Source of the DNA: Thermoleophilia bacterium
Lineage (GTDB): Bacteria > Actinomycetota > Thermoleophilia > UBA2241
Reading direction: 5' to 3'
Assembly: GCA_052139595.1 (NCBI GenBank)
Contig: JBKQWK010000216.1
Span: forward strand, 327-64,326
Length of the DNA: 64,000 bases
The notes below the pieces were generated by a model. The model had not been told where the DNA came from. It worked only from the letters and a program-made list of their open reading frames with translations, and did no database searches. A program made the translations under genes and the position numbers. Positions 47,530 to 56,898 of this stretch are shown here, one piece after another. The first letter of the stretch is position 1. Every line of letters starts with the position of its first letter.

Positions 47530-49194
47530 ATGAGTAAATCACCCCTTCGTATCATCCCTCTCGGCGGTCTCGGTGAGATCGGTAAGAACATGACCGCCCT
47601 CGAGTACGACGGCAAGATCGTCGTTGTCGACTGTGGCCTCGCCTTTCCCCGCGACGAAATGCTCGGCATCGATCTCGTCCTGCCGGATGTGACGTTTCTC
47701 AAGGAGCGCCAGAACGACTTGCTGGCCTTTCTCATCACGCACGGCCATGAAGACCACTTCGGTGCCTTGCCATTCGTGCTGCGCCAGGTCAATGCGCCCG
47801 TCTACGGGAGTCGACTCACTCTGGCCCTCGCCAAGAGCAAACTCGACGAACACGGCATGCTCAAGAAGGTGGAGCTGAACGAAGTGAACGCCGATTCGGT
47901 GCTGCATCTCGGTCCGTTTACGGTCAGCTTCATCGCTGTCAGCCACAGCGTGCCCGACGCTCTCTCGATCGCCGTCAGCACGCCGCTGGGCGTTGTCCTC
48001 GTCACCGGTGACTACAAATTCGACCACACACCGATCGATGGCCGCATCACCGATGTCAACCGCTTCGCCGAACTGGGCAATAACGGCGTTCTCGCGTTGC
48101 TTGGTGACTCGACCAACGCCCTCATACCCGGCTCGACGGCCTCGGAGAGCACTGTCGGCCAGGCGTTTCACCAGATCTTTGCCGAGGCCGAGGGGCGTGT
48201 CATTCTCGCCTCCTTTGCCTCCCACATTCATCGCGTGCAGCAGGCAATTCAGATCGCGCATCTGCACGGCCGCAAGTTTGCCGTTGCCGGCCGCTCCATG
48301 GTCAAGAACGTCAACATTGCCCGCAATCTCGGCTATCTCACGGTGCCCGATGACGCGATGATCAAGCTGCACGACATCGATCAGTATGAGCCAGGCGAGC
48401 TGCTGATTCTCACCACCGGCAGCCAGGGTGAGCCGCTCTCGGCACTCAGTCGCATGGCGTTTGACGATCATCCCCAGGTTGTCCTTCAAAAAGGAGACAC
48501 GGTCGTCATCTCGGCGCTGGCCATTCCCGGCAACGAGGTCAGCGTCATGAATACTGTCAATCGCCTCCTCAAGTCGGGGGCTCGCGTTATCGACGGCCCC
48601 AAGAACGGCGTCCACGTCAGTGGTCACGGCGCCCAGGAAGACCTGCGGATGATGCTCAATCTCATCAAGCCACGCTACTTTCTGCCCGTGCATGGCGAGT
48701 ACCGCATGCAGTACATGCACGCCGAACTGGCGCGCCAGTCAGGTATCAAGGACGAGCAGATCTTCCTCCTCGAAAACGGCGATGTGCTGCAGATCAACGA
48801 AGATTCGGCAAAGCTCGTCGACAAGGTGCGCGCCGGCATGGTGTTCGTCGACGGCTTTGAACTCGGCGATGCCGAACACGTTGTTCTGCGCGACCGCCAG
48901 CAGCTTGCCGAGGACGGCATTCTCATCGTCGTCTGTACGATGAGCGTGCAGAGCGGCGAGATGGTGGCTCCGCCGGAGCTGGTGGCGCGTGGTTTTCTCT
49001 ACGATGACTCACGCCAGCAGGAGGTTCTCGACGCAGCCCGCGAAGTGCTGGAAGAGAAACTGGAAGAGCTGGCCGGCGAGCACATCACTGGCCAGCGTCT
49101 GCTCAAAGAAGACGTGCACGAGGTGCTCAGCGGCTTCATCTATCGCAAGACGAAGCGCCGGCCGTTGATCATGCCGGTCATTGTCGAGGTCTGA
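47530..49194 (+). CDS. rnj: ribonuclease J
   Basis: MSKSPLRIIPLGGLGEIGKNM and metallo-beta-lactamase motif HGHEDHFGALP with beta-CASP; 554 aa; RBS AAAGGAAG. Confidence 0.92.
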   Translation: MSKSPLRIIPLGGLGEIGKNMTALEYDGKIVVVDCGLAFPRDEMLGIDLVLPDVTFLKERQNDLLAFLITHGHEDHFGALPFVLRQVNAPVYGSRLTLALAKSKLDEHGMLKKVELNEVNADSVLHLGPFTVSFIAVSHSVPDALSIAVSTPLGVVLVTGDYKFDHTPIDGRITDVNRFAELGNNGVLALLGDSTNALIPGSTASESTVGQAFHQIFAEAEGRVILASFASHIHRVQQAIQIAHLHGRKFAVAGRSMVKNVNIARNLGYLTVPDDAMIKLHDIDQYEPGELLILTTGSQGEPLSALSRMAFDDHPQVVLQKGDTVVISALAIPGNEVSVMNTVNRLLKSGARVIDGPKNGVHVSGHGAQEDLRMMLNLIKPRYFLPVHGEYRMQYMHAELARQSGIKDEQIFLLENGDVLQINEDSAKLVDKVRAGMVFVDGFELGDAEHVVLRDRQQLAEDGILIVVCTMSVQSGEMVAPPELVARGFLYDDSRQQEVLDAAREVLEEKLEELAGEHITGQRLLKEDVHEVLSGFIYRKTKRRPLIMPVIVEV

Positions 49195-49289
49195 GATCAA
49201 CGCCGACATACGATCTAGTCGATCGGCGCCGATTGACGCCACGACGGTGATCAACTAGGAATCAGCGCTCGCTCGTCGAACCACAACGT

Positions 49290-51809
49290 ATGGCGACAGC
49301 ACGCTCCACACGTAAGCCGAGGCGCGCGCCGGCCGCCAGGGCCGCAGGTCAGCGGCAACCGGCGCGCCGCACAGCGGCGCCAAAGGCTGCCAGGCGCACG
49401 ACCAGGCGCAAGGCGGCAAACCACGGCCGCGAACTCGCTGCCGTCTTTGTCATTGCCTTGGCGGTTTTTCTCGGCTTCGTCCTCTACGCGGGCTGGCACG
49501 GTGGGCTGGCCGGCCACTGGCTAAGTGCCGCCCTCTTCTGGCTGATCGGCGTCGGCACCTATCTGACGCCGGCGCTGCTTCTTTACACTGCCTATCTGGT
49601 GGCGGGAGGCAAGAGCGCCCGTTTGCCACGCCCGGTCGCGTTCGGCAGTGCCTTCCTGGGCCTGGCCCTGCTGCTGGCCGCTGCCGCCAATACCTTCGCC
49701 CTCTTTGGCGGCGGCCGGCCGGCGGCCAGCTACGCTAGTGCTCATCTGCGCCACCATGGCGGCGCCCTCGGCGAACTCCTCTGGTCTGGCGTGAATGTCG
49801 TCGGCGGCCACGTTGGAGTCACCATTGTCGTGCTGTTTTTCGTCGTCGCCGGACTACTACTCGTGAGCGGCTCATCGCTGGGATTATGGGCGAGTCGCTC
49901 GCGGCGCGGCGTCAGGGCTGCCGGTCGGGTGGCTCGGCGGCAGGCCCGAGTGCTCGATGAGCATCGCCGCACCGCCGTTCAGCGGCTCCAGAATCAGTCG
50001 CTCGACGACATGAGCGAAGCGGCAACGCAGCAATATGGTCCGGGGGTGTCCACACATACGGTCGAACTGATCGACGGCCAGCGCAGCGTGCCGGAGATCT
50101 TTGCCGCCGTCGCCAGCGCGCCGGGCGCAGTCTCCGAGATCCCTCGCGGCGCAGACGGCGACGGCGACTTTGGCGACGATGGCCCCATCGTCGCCGTCGA
50201 GGAGCCGGTCGAGGATGGCGTACAGCTGAGCATCCCAACCGATGCCAGCGGCGGTTTCGTGAGCTCAGACGAGACAGCGCTGGCATTTGCCGCCAGCGAA
50301 CAGCGCGACTGGTCGCTGCCCGATACGTCACTCTTGCGACCGCTGGGGGATGGCCAGGGCGAGGCGCCGGACACGATCCGCGCTGTCAGTGCCCGGCTGG
50401 TCGAAACGCTGGGCAACTTCGGCGTCCCTGCCCAGGTGATCAATACCGTTTCCGGGCCGCGCGTTACACGCTACGAGCTGCAGCTCGCTCCTGGCGTCAA
50501 GGTTAATCGCGTCTCGGCCCTCAAAGACGACATCGCCTATGCATTGGCGGCCACCGATATTCGCGTGCAGGCGCCGATACCGGGCAAAACGGCCGTCGGT
50601 GTCGAAGTCCCCAACCAGCGGCCCAACTTCGTCGGCCTGGGCGACGTGTACGGCGTCTTCCCGGCCAACGCGACGCCGCTGGCTGTGTGGATCGGTAAGG
50701 ACATCACCGGCAAGCCGGTGCTCGCCGACCTTGCCAAGATGGTCCATGTGCTCATCGCCGGCACCACCGGATCAGGTAAGAGTGGCTGCATCAACTGCAT
50801 CGTCAGTTCCATTCTCTTGCGCGCTACGCCCGACCAGGTGCGCATGATCATGATTGACCCGAAGAAGGTCGAACTCTCGCACTTCGACGGCGTGCCGCAT
50901 CTGCTCACACCGGTGGTTACTAAGCCGAAAGAGGCAAGCTACGTGCTCCACAACGTCGTGCGCCAGATGGATTATCGGTACGAACTCATGGCCCGTGTCG
51001 GCAGCTCGCAGACCATCCATGACCTGAACAAGAAGCTTGAGGCGCGCGGCGAGCCGAAGCTGCCCTACATCGTCATTGTCATTGACGAACTCGCCGACCT
51101 CATGATGGTCGCCCCGGCTGAGGTCGAAGACCACATCATGCGCCTTGGTCAGCTCGGCCGCGGCGCCGGCATCCACCTCGTCGTGGCCACGCAGCGGCCC
51201 TCTGTCGACGTCGTTACCGGCATGATCAAGGCCAACATCCCTTCCCGCATCGCTTTCGCCGTCTCATCACAGACCGACTCACGCGTGATTCTCGACGTTG
51301 GTGGCGCCGAGAGCCTGCTCGGCGAAGGCGACATGCTCTTTCGCCCGTTTGGCAGCAACCGTCTGCTGCGTGTGCAAGGCGCCTACATGGCCTCGGCCGA
51401 GATGAAGCTGATCACCGAGCACTGGCGTCGTCAGGCAACGCCGCATTTCCAGAAGGAGATGCTCGAAAGCCCAGCCCCGAGCGAGCCGGAGGGCGCCAGC
51501 GGCGCCGGCGAAGACGACCTCCTGGCCGATGCGATCACAACCGTCGTTGCCACCGGCGCAGCGTCAGTTGCTTTGCTGCAACGTCGCTTGCGCGTCGGCT
51601 ACGCTCGCGCCGGCCGCTTGATCGATATCATGGAGGGCATGGGCATCGTCAGCGGCTATGACGGCAGCAAAGCGCGCAATGTGCTCGTCAACGAGACGCA
51701 GCTGGCCGATATTCTCGCCGGCGTGCGCGGCGGCGGGCACAAACCGGCGGCTGACACCGCGGTCGCCGGTCAATTCGCCGCCGCCGATTTGCCGCCCGCC
51801 GACGGCTGA
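49290..51809 (+). CDS. ftsK: DNA translocase FtsK
   Basis: N-terminal TM domain, linker, motor domain with Walker A GTTGSGKSGCIN and a gamma winged helix; 839 aa. Confidence 0.95.
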   Translation: MATARSTRKPRRAPAARAAGQRQPARRTAAPKAARRTTRRKAANHGRELAAVFVIALAVFLGFVLYAGWHGGLAGHWLSAALFWLIGVGTYLTPALLLYTAYLVAGGKSARLPRPVAFGSAFLGLALLLAAAANTFALFGGGRPAASYASAHLRHHGGALGELLWSGVNVVGGHVGVTIVVLFFVVAGLLLVSGSSLGLWASRSRRGVRAAGRVARRQARVLDEHRRTAVQRLQNQSLDDMSEAATQQYGPGVSTHTVELIDGQRSVPEIFAAVASAPGAVSEIPRGADGDGDFGDDGPIVAVEEPVEDGVQLSIPTDASGGFVSSDETALAFAASEQRDWSLPDTSLLRPLGDGQGEAPDTIRAVSARLVETLGNFGVPAQVINTVSGPRVTRYELQLAPGVKVNRVSALKDDIAYALAATDIRVQAPIPGKTAVGVEVPNQRPNFVGLGDVYGVFPANATPLAVWIGKDITGKPVLADLAKMVHVLIAGTTGSGKSGCINCIVSSILLRATPDQVRMIMIDPKKVELSHFDGVPHLLTPVVTKPKEASYVLHNVVRQMDYRYELMARVGSSQTIHDLNKKLEARGEPKLPYIVIVIDELADLMMVAPAEVEDHIMRLGQLGRGAGIHLVVATQRPSVDVVTGMIKANIPSRIAFAVSSQTDSRVILDVGGAESLLGEGDMLFRPFGSNRLLRVQGAYMASAEMKLITEHWRRQATPHFQKEMLESPAPSEPEGASGAGEDDLLADAITTVVATGAASVALLQRRLRVGYARAGRLIDIMEGMGIVSGYDGSKARNVLVNETQLADILAGVRGGGHKPAADTAVAGQFAAADLPPADG

Positions 51810-51922
51810 GTCGCCGCCGGCTCAATTGTGTTTGCCGGCACAGCTCACTAGACTAGCGGTTCAGCTCATGGATTTTGCCGCTTCTTCGCGACGCGGTTAC
51901 TGGCAAAGGGGACAAGCCCGGC

Positions 51923-52687
51923 GTGTTCGAGATCGGTGCAACACTTCGCGAGGCGCGCGTACGCAGAAAGCTCACTCTGCAGCAGGCCGAAGACGACACC
52001 AAAATCAGGGTCAAATACCTGCAAGCCATGGAGAACGAGGACTTCGAGGTCATGCCCGGAGTCACCTACGTGAAGGGGTTTCTGCGCGCTTATGCGGAGT
52101 ACCTCAACCTCGACGCCGATGTCATCGTCGGTGAATTCAATTCACGCACAGGCCCGCAACCAGATCACGAGCCATTTGGTGGTGTTTCGGCGTTGGGCAG
52201 ACCTCGCAGTCACCGCGGTCGCAATACCTTGTTTCTAACGGCCTTTGTCTGCGTGCTTGTTCTGGCGATCATCTATGTGCTCGGCATTAATCGGCATACC
52301 AATTCTGGTGGGCCCAAGACGAATCCGGGCGCCATTGGCTTGAGCAGCTCGCCACAACCGGCGACCACGCCCAGTGTGCCGGCGAGCATCCAGCCGAGCC
52401 TCACGCCCAGCCCACCGGCAGTGACGGTCAACAAGGTCCGCTTCGTCGTCAGTGGCGGGCCATGCTGGGTGGCCGTCACCGAGGGATCGGCACAAGGCAA
52501 ACAGCTCTTTGCCGCCACACTAGCCGACGGTGCCGTGACTACGTTTACGAGCAAGCAACCACTGTTCATCGTCGTCGGTGCACCGTCGGTTGCGACCATC
52601 AAAGTCATCGGCGGACAAACGCTGAAACTCAGTGGTGCTGGTCCGCTGACCTACCGTGTCAGTCAGGGAAAGGTCGTGAAGCTCTAG
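51923..52687 (+). CDS. RodZ-like helix-turn-helix membrane protein (HTH_XRE, TM, DUF4115)
   Basis: GATLREARVRRKLTLQQAEDDTKIRVKYLQAMEN HTH, TM segment (LFLTAFVCVLVLAIIYVL), and a C-terminal beta-rich domain; conserved position before pgsA/cinA/recA. Confidence 0.7.
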   Translation: MFEIGATLREARVRRKLTLQQAEDDTKIRVKYLQAMENEDFEVMPGVTYVKGFLRAYAEYLNLDADVIVGEFNSRTGPQPDHEPFGGVSALGRPRSHRGRNTLFLTAFVCVLVLAIIYVLGINRHTNSGGPKTNPGAIGLSSSPQPATTPSVPASIQPSLTPSPPAVTVNKVRFVVSGGPCWVAVTEGSAQGKQLFAATLADGAVTTFTSKQPLFIVVGAPSVATIKVIGGQTLKLSGAGPLTYRVSQGKVVKL

Positions 52688-53178
52688 TGGCCAAAGAATC
52701 ATCGTTCGATGTCGTCAGCGAAGTTGACCTCAACGAAGTGCGTAATGCGGTCAACCTGGCGCAGAAAGAGATCGCCACGCGATACGACTTCAAGAAGAGC
52801 ATCAGCAAGATCACCCTTGAAGAGGACGGCATCGTCCTGATGAGCGACAACGAGGGCAAGCTCAAGTCGGTTGTCGACATCCTCGAAGAGAAACTCGTGC
52901 GCCGCAAGGTCTCACTCAAAGCGCTACAGTACGGTAAAGTCGAAGCGTCGCTCGGTGGCACCGTGCGCCAGCGTGCCGAACTGGCCGCCGGCATCAGCGA
53001 CGAGAAGGCCAAGGCGATGAACAAGCTCATCCGCCAGCAATTCAAGAAGGTCAAAGTCAGCATTCAGGGCGACAGCTTGCGCGTGTTCTCATCAAGCAAA
53101 GATGACCTGCAGGCCGTTATGGAGCTACTGCGTGAGCAGGACTTCGGTCTGCCTCTGCAATTCACCAACTACCGCTGA
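52687..53178 (+). CDS. yajQ: YajQ family (UPF0234) nucleotide-binding protein
   Basis: KESSFDVVSEVDLNEVRNAVNLAQKEIATRYDFK matches the YajQ N-terminus; 163 aa. Confidence 0.85.
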   Translation: MAKESSFDVVSEVDLNEVRNAVNLAQKEIATRYDFKKSISKITLEEDGIVLMSDNEGKLKSVVDILEEKLVRRKVSLKALQYGKVEASLGGTVRQRAELAAGISDEKAKAMNKLIRQQFKKVKVSIQGDSLRVFSSSKDDLQAVMELLREQDFGLPLQFTNYR

Positions 53179-53190
53179 GGAGACGACGCG

Positions 53191-54504
53191 CTGAGCCGCG
53201 CTACGCCCGCCACCTTCTGCATTCAGACTCTCGGTTGCCCCAAAAACGAGGCCGACAGCGATCGCTTGGTGAGAATCCTGCGCGCCGCCGGTCATGAGCC
53301 GGCAGCAGCGGCGCGCGCTGACTTGGTGATCGTCAACACGTGCGGATTTATCGACGCCGCCAAGGAAGAGTCGCTGGCGGCGGTGTTCGCCGCCGCGGCG
53401 ACAGCCCACGAACGCGGCGCGCAAGTCGCCGCCATCGGCTGTCTAGTCGAACGCTACCGGACTGAACTCGCGGCGGAGCTGCCCGAGGCCGATCTACTCT
53501 GCGGCTTCGAAACCGATCCGCTCGCGCGTCGTCTGAGCGAGATCGCTGCCAGCCGCAGTCGGGCAGCGCGCCTGGTCGGTGGGGGAGAGGCCGGGCGCGG
53601 CGGCAGGCTTCGCCAGCCGCGCCCGACCTACGCCTACCTCAAGATCAGCGACGGCTGCGACCGCCACTGTTCCTACTGCGCCATACCACTGATCAAAGGC
53701 ACGTACGAGGAGGTGCCTCCGAAGCAAATCCTGGCTACTGCCAGCGCTGTACTCGCCGGCGGCGCTCGCGAGCTGGTACTGGTCGGGCAAGATACCTCGC
53801 GCTATGCATGGCCGGGCTACGGTGGCGTCGGGCGCCTCCTTAGCGACCTGCGCGATCTCGGCCCTGCCTGGCTCCGTCTGCTCTACCTGCAGCCCGATGG
53901 CGTCACCGACGAGCTCCTCCAGGCGCTGGCCGAGTACGCCGTGCCGTACATCGATATACCACTCCAGCACGCCAGCGCCGCAGTTCTCAAGCGCATGCAC
54001 CGGCGCGGCGACGGCAACCAGTACCTCGATCTTTTGGCGCACCTGCGTACGGCACTGCCCGGAGCCGCCATTCGCTCGACCTTCATCGCCGGCTTTCCCG
54101 GCGAAACCGAAGCCGATGTGGACGAGTTGATCGCCTTTGTTGACGCCGCCGGCCTTGCAGTGGCCGGCGTCTTCGTCTATGACTCGCAGGAGGGTACTGC
54201 CGCTGCCAGCATGCCGGGTCAACTGGCGCTGGACGTCCGCGAGGAGCGCGCGGCTCGAGTTGCGGCCGCCATCGACGAAGCAGCGCGACCATTCTGGAGC
54301 AACCTCGTGGGACAAAGCGTCGAGGTTCTCGTCGAAGGCACTCATCGTAATGGCGCGCCGGAGGTAACGGGCAGACTGGCCATTCAGGCACCAGACGTCG
54401 ACGGGTTTACTGTGGTGCGCGGCTCGCGGGCGCGCCGCCGCCAGGTGGTCCGCGCCCGCATCGAGGCTGTGGTGGGCTACAATGTCTTCGCGGTGGCCGA
54501 GTGA
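53191..54504 (+). CDS. rimO: ribosomal protein S12 methylthiotransferase RimO (radical SAM MTTase); only CUG is available as an in-frame start
   Basis: FCIQTLGCPKNEADSDRL MTTase N-domain, radical SAM CDRHCSYC, TRAM C-terminus. GAGGAG lies 8 nt upstream of CTG at 53191. The first canonical start (TTG at 53266) lies downstream of the conserved LGCPKN motif. Confidence 0.8.
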   Translation: MSRATPATFCIQTLGCPKNEADSDRLVRILRAAGHEPAAAARADLVIVNTCGFIDAAKEESLAAVFAAAATAHERGAQVAAIGCLVERYRTELAAELPEADLLCGFETDPLARRLSEIAASRSRAARLVGGGEAGRGGRLRQPRPTYAYLKISDGCDRHCSYCAIPLIKGTYEEVPPKQILATASAVLAGGARELVLVGQDTSRYAWPGYGGVGRLLSDLRDLGPAWLRLLYLQPDGVTDELLQALAEYAVPYIDIPLQHASAAVLKRMHRRGDGNQYLDLLAHLRTALPGAAIRSTFIAGFPGETEADVDELIAFVDAAGLAVAGVFVYDSQEGTAAASMPGQLALDVREERAARVAAAIDEAARPFWSNLVGQSVEVLVEGTHRNGAPEVTGRLAIQAPDVDGFTVVRGSRARRRQVVRARIEAVVGYNVFAVAE

Positions 54505-54914
54505 TCATGGTTGCGGCGCAGCCGTCTTCCGACGGCCGACGACAACGCGAGGCTCGCACCTTGCGATTGATGATCGCTCTCTATTGCCACGATCATCACG
54601 CCGCTGCGCCGATCGTCGGCGCTCGCGGCTCACAGGTAGCCGCACCAGCCACACTTTGCCCGGATTGCGCTGCCCTGGCAATCGTATGCGCTGGCGCACT
54701 CGAGCATTGCCCGTACGGCGCCAACAAGCCAGTGTGCGCGACTGTCCGGTGCACTGCTATAAGCCCGCCAGGAGGCAAGAAGTCGCCACGATCATTGAGA
54801 TACGCCGGGCCAAGAATGCTCCGCCGTCATCCGCTGCTCGCTGTCGCGCATCTGCGCGACAGCCGACGCCGCCTGCCCGATCCGGTGTCTCACGCCGCAG
54901 CTGCCAAGCAATGA
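54501..54914 (+). CDS. nitrous-oxide-stimulated-promoter (YgbA) family protein; about 20 internal codons read correctly only in the +2 frame
   Basis: LMIALYCHDHHAAAPIVGARGSQVAAPATLCPDCAALAIVCAGALEHCPYGANKPVCA ... RYAGPRMLRRHPLLAVAHL fit the YgbA family. The expected central CPVHCYKPA motif is encoded in frame +2 (DCPVHCYKPARRQEV). Confidence 0.6.
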   Translation: MIMVAAQPSSDGRRQREARTLRLMIALYCHDHHAAAPIVGARGSQVAAPATLCPDCAALAIVCAGALEHCPYGANKPVCATVRCTAISPPGGKKSPRSLRYAGPRMLRRHPLLAVAHLRDSRRRLPDPVSHAAAAKQ

Positions 54915-55558
54915 ACGCTGCCAACGCCATCACACTTACACGCATCCTGCTCATCCCGGTCTTCATCGCCGTCCTCTTCGTCAAGGTCCCCCACGGCGAT
55001 ATTCTGGCCGCGGCCCTGTTCACGGTGGCCGCGTTCACCGACAAGCTCGACGGCTACGTCGCTCGCCGGCAGGATACAGTGACCGCACTGGGCCAGTTTC
55101 TCGACCCGCTGGCGGATAAGCTCCTCGTTGCGGCGGCGCTCATCGCTCTGGTCGGCCTCGGGCATCTGGACGCCTGGGTGGCAATGGTCATCATTGCCCG
55201 TGAAATCGCCGTCAGCGTGCTGCGCATTGTCGGCGCCGTTCAGGGGATCAGCATGCCGGCCGACCGGCTTGGCAAGGCCAAAACGGCCAGTCAAGTAGCG
55301 GCGATCATCTTTCTCCTCATCCCACACCATGGTCTGCCGGGGTACGTTGCGATCGAGACGGTCCTCGTCTGGCTGGCAGTCATTCTTACGCTGGTGTCCG
55401 GGATCCACTACTTCGTCAAAGCACGCGACCTTCTACGGCTGCCAGGCAGCAACGCGAAACCTGCGAGCGATCAAAGTCGACCCTCTTCTGCCGTCGACTC
55501 ACCCGCACTACCTGACGATAACGCCGGTTCCAAACCGGCAGAGGGGAGCAAGCCATGA
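54911..55558 (+). CDS. pgsA: CDP-diacylglycerol--glycerol-3-phosphate 3-phosphatidyltransferase
   Basis: MNAANAITLTRILLIPVFIAV...DKLDGYVARRQDTVTALGQFLDPLADK CDP-alcohol phosphatidyltransferase motif. Confidence 0.9.
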   Translation: MNAANAITLTRILLIPVFIAVLFVKVPHGDILAAALFTVAAFTDKLDGYVARRQDTVTALGQFLDPLADKLLVAAALIALVGLGHLDAWVAMVIIAREIAVSVLRIVGAVQGISMPADRLGKAKTASQVAAIIFLLIPHHGLPGYVAIETVLVWLAVILTLVSGIHYFVKARDLLRLPGSNAKPASDQSRPSSAVDSPALPDDNAGSKPAEGSKP

Positions 55559-56841
55559 GCCAGCGCTCAGCCCTGCCGGTTCTGCCGACCGCCGCTGTTC
55601 TGCTCACCGGCAACGAGCTGCTGGACGGCCGCACCCGTGACCGTAACGGAGCCTACTTGAGCGCCGACCTCAGCCGACGCGGACTGCAGGTGAGTTACCT
55701 GGTGGTCACCGCCGATGATCGGGCGACGATCGTCGCCAGCGCGCGCTGGCTGCTTGCCAGTCGGCCGGCGGTACTCGTCGTCAGCGGCGGCCTCGGCACT
55801 ACGCATGATGACCTCACGGCGGCCGCGATCGCCGAAGCCCTCGGCCTGCGTCTGACCGAGGACCCGCAGGCGCTCACCTGGGTCGCCGACCGCACTCGTC
55901 TCATTTGCGCCCGTCGTGGCTTCGTCTTCGACGATGTGTTCGCGGCGATGCGCCGGCAGGCAGTACTGCCGGTTGGCAGTCGACCTCTAGCGCCGGCGGG
56001 CGCTGCTCCTGGATTCGTCATCACACGCGACGACACGCAGGTGGTCGTTCTGCCCGGCGTTCCCCGCGAGCTGGAACCGATGTGGCAGGCGGCAGCGGTC
56101 GATCTCGACCGCGCTGGCGTGTTCCCCGGCGGCGCTCTGTCGATCGTGCGCATCTACGGCGTCGGCGAATTGCAGGTGGCACCGGTTCTCGAACGGGCTC
56201 TGGCTGACTCGGCGGGCCTTCTGCGCGCCGGTATTACCGCCGGCGACGGCGAGATCACCGTCGCATTGCGGCACGACGGCGGCGCTGCCGGCCAGCAGGC
56301 CGCCGCCGAAGCCGGCGCACTGTTGGCGGCCGAACTGCCGGTCTATTCACGCGACCGCGGCGACATCGACACTCTCCTGGCGGACGCGCTGCGAGCTCGC
56401 CACGAAACGGTGGCCGTAGCGGAGTCATGCACTGGTGGCCTGTTGGGTGGGCGCCTGACGGAGCGACCCAGCAGCTCCGACTACTTCGTCGGCGGTGTCA
56501 TCAGTTACGCTAACGAAGTCAAGTCGGGGCTGCTGGGCGTGCCCACGCATCTCCTGGCAGAGCACGGCGCTGTCAGCGAACCGGTGGCGGCCGCCATGGC
56601 TACTGGCGTGGCCGCCGCCACTGCAGCCACGTGGGGCCTGGCCATTACCGGCGTTGCCGGTCCAGACGGCGGCAGTGCCGAGAAACCGGTCGGTCTTGTT
56701 TACATCGCTTGTGCCGGCGGTAGTGGCGGCGAGAAGAACGTGCGGGTTGAAGAACATCGCTTCAGTGGCGATCGTGAGGGCGTGCGCAGCCAAGCCGTCG
56801 TGGCCGCTTTGCACGCCCTGCGACGCGGTCTGGGCCAGTGA
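55555..56841 (+). CDS. cinA: competence/damage-inducible protein CinA (MoCF-binding domain plus nicotinamide-nucleotide amidase domain)
   Basis: AAVLLTGNELLDGRTRDRNGAYL N-domain and C-terminal CinA domain (ESCTGGLLGGRLT); conserved cinA-recA linkage. Confidence 0.88.
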   Translation: MSQRSALPVLPTAAVLLTGNELLDGRTRDRNGAYLSADLSRRGLQVSYLVVTADDRATIVASARWLLASRPAVLVVSGGLGTTHDDLTAAAIAEALGLRLTEDPQALTWVADRTRLICARRGFVFDDVFAAMRRQAVLPVGSRPLAPAGAAPGFVITRDDTQVVVLPGVPRELEPMWQAAAVDLDRAGVFPGGALSIVRIYGVGELQVAPVLERALADSAGLLRAGITAGDGEITVALRHDGGAAGQQAAAEAGALLAAELPVYSRDRGDIDTLLADALRARHETVAVAESCTGGLLGGRLTERPSSSDYFVGGVISYANEVKSGLLGVPTHLLAEHGAVSEPVAAAMATGVAAATAATWGLAITGVAGPDGGSAEKPVGLVYIACAGGSGGEKNVRVEEHRFSGDREGVRSQAVVAALHALRRGLGQ

Positions 56842-56898
56842 GCGGCGGCCGCCAGCTACCGTGGTAGACCCCCCCTGTCGCGCATAGCGCCAGCACGA

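Noticed and set aside
54482-54910. The 5' part of ORF 54482-55558, read as an N-terminal extension of pgsA.
   Set aside because: Only its segment at about 54740-54800 shows similarity, and that similarity is to the YgbA central motif (frameshifted piece of the upstream gene). PgsA begins at ATG 54911, where the conserved N-terminus starts.
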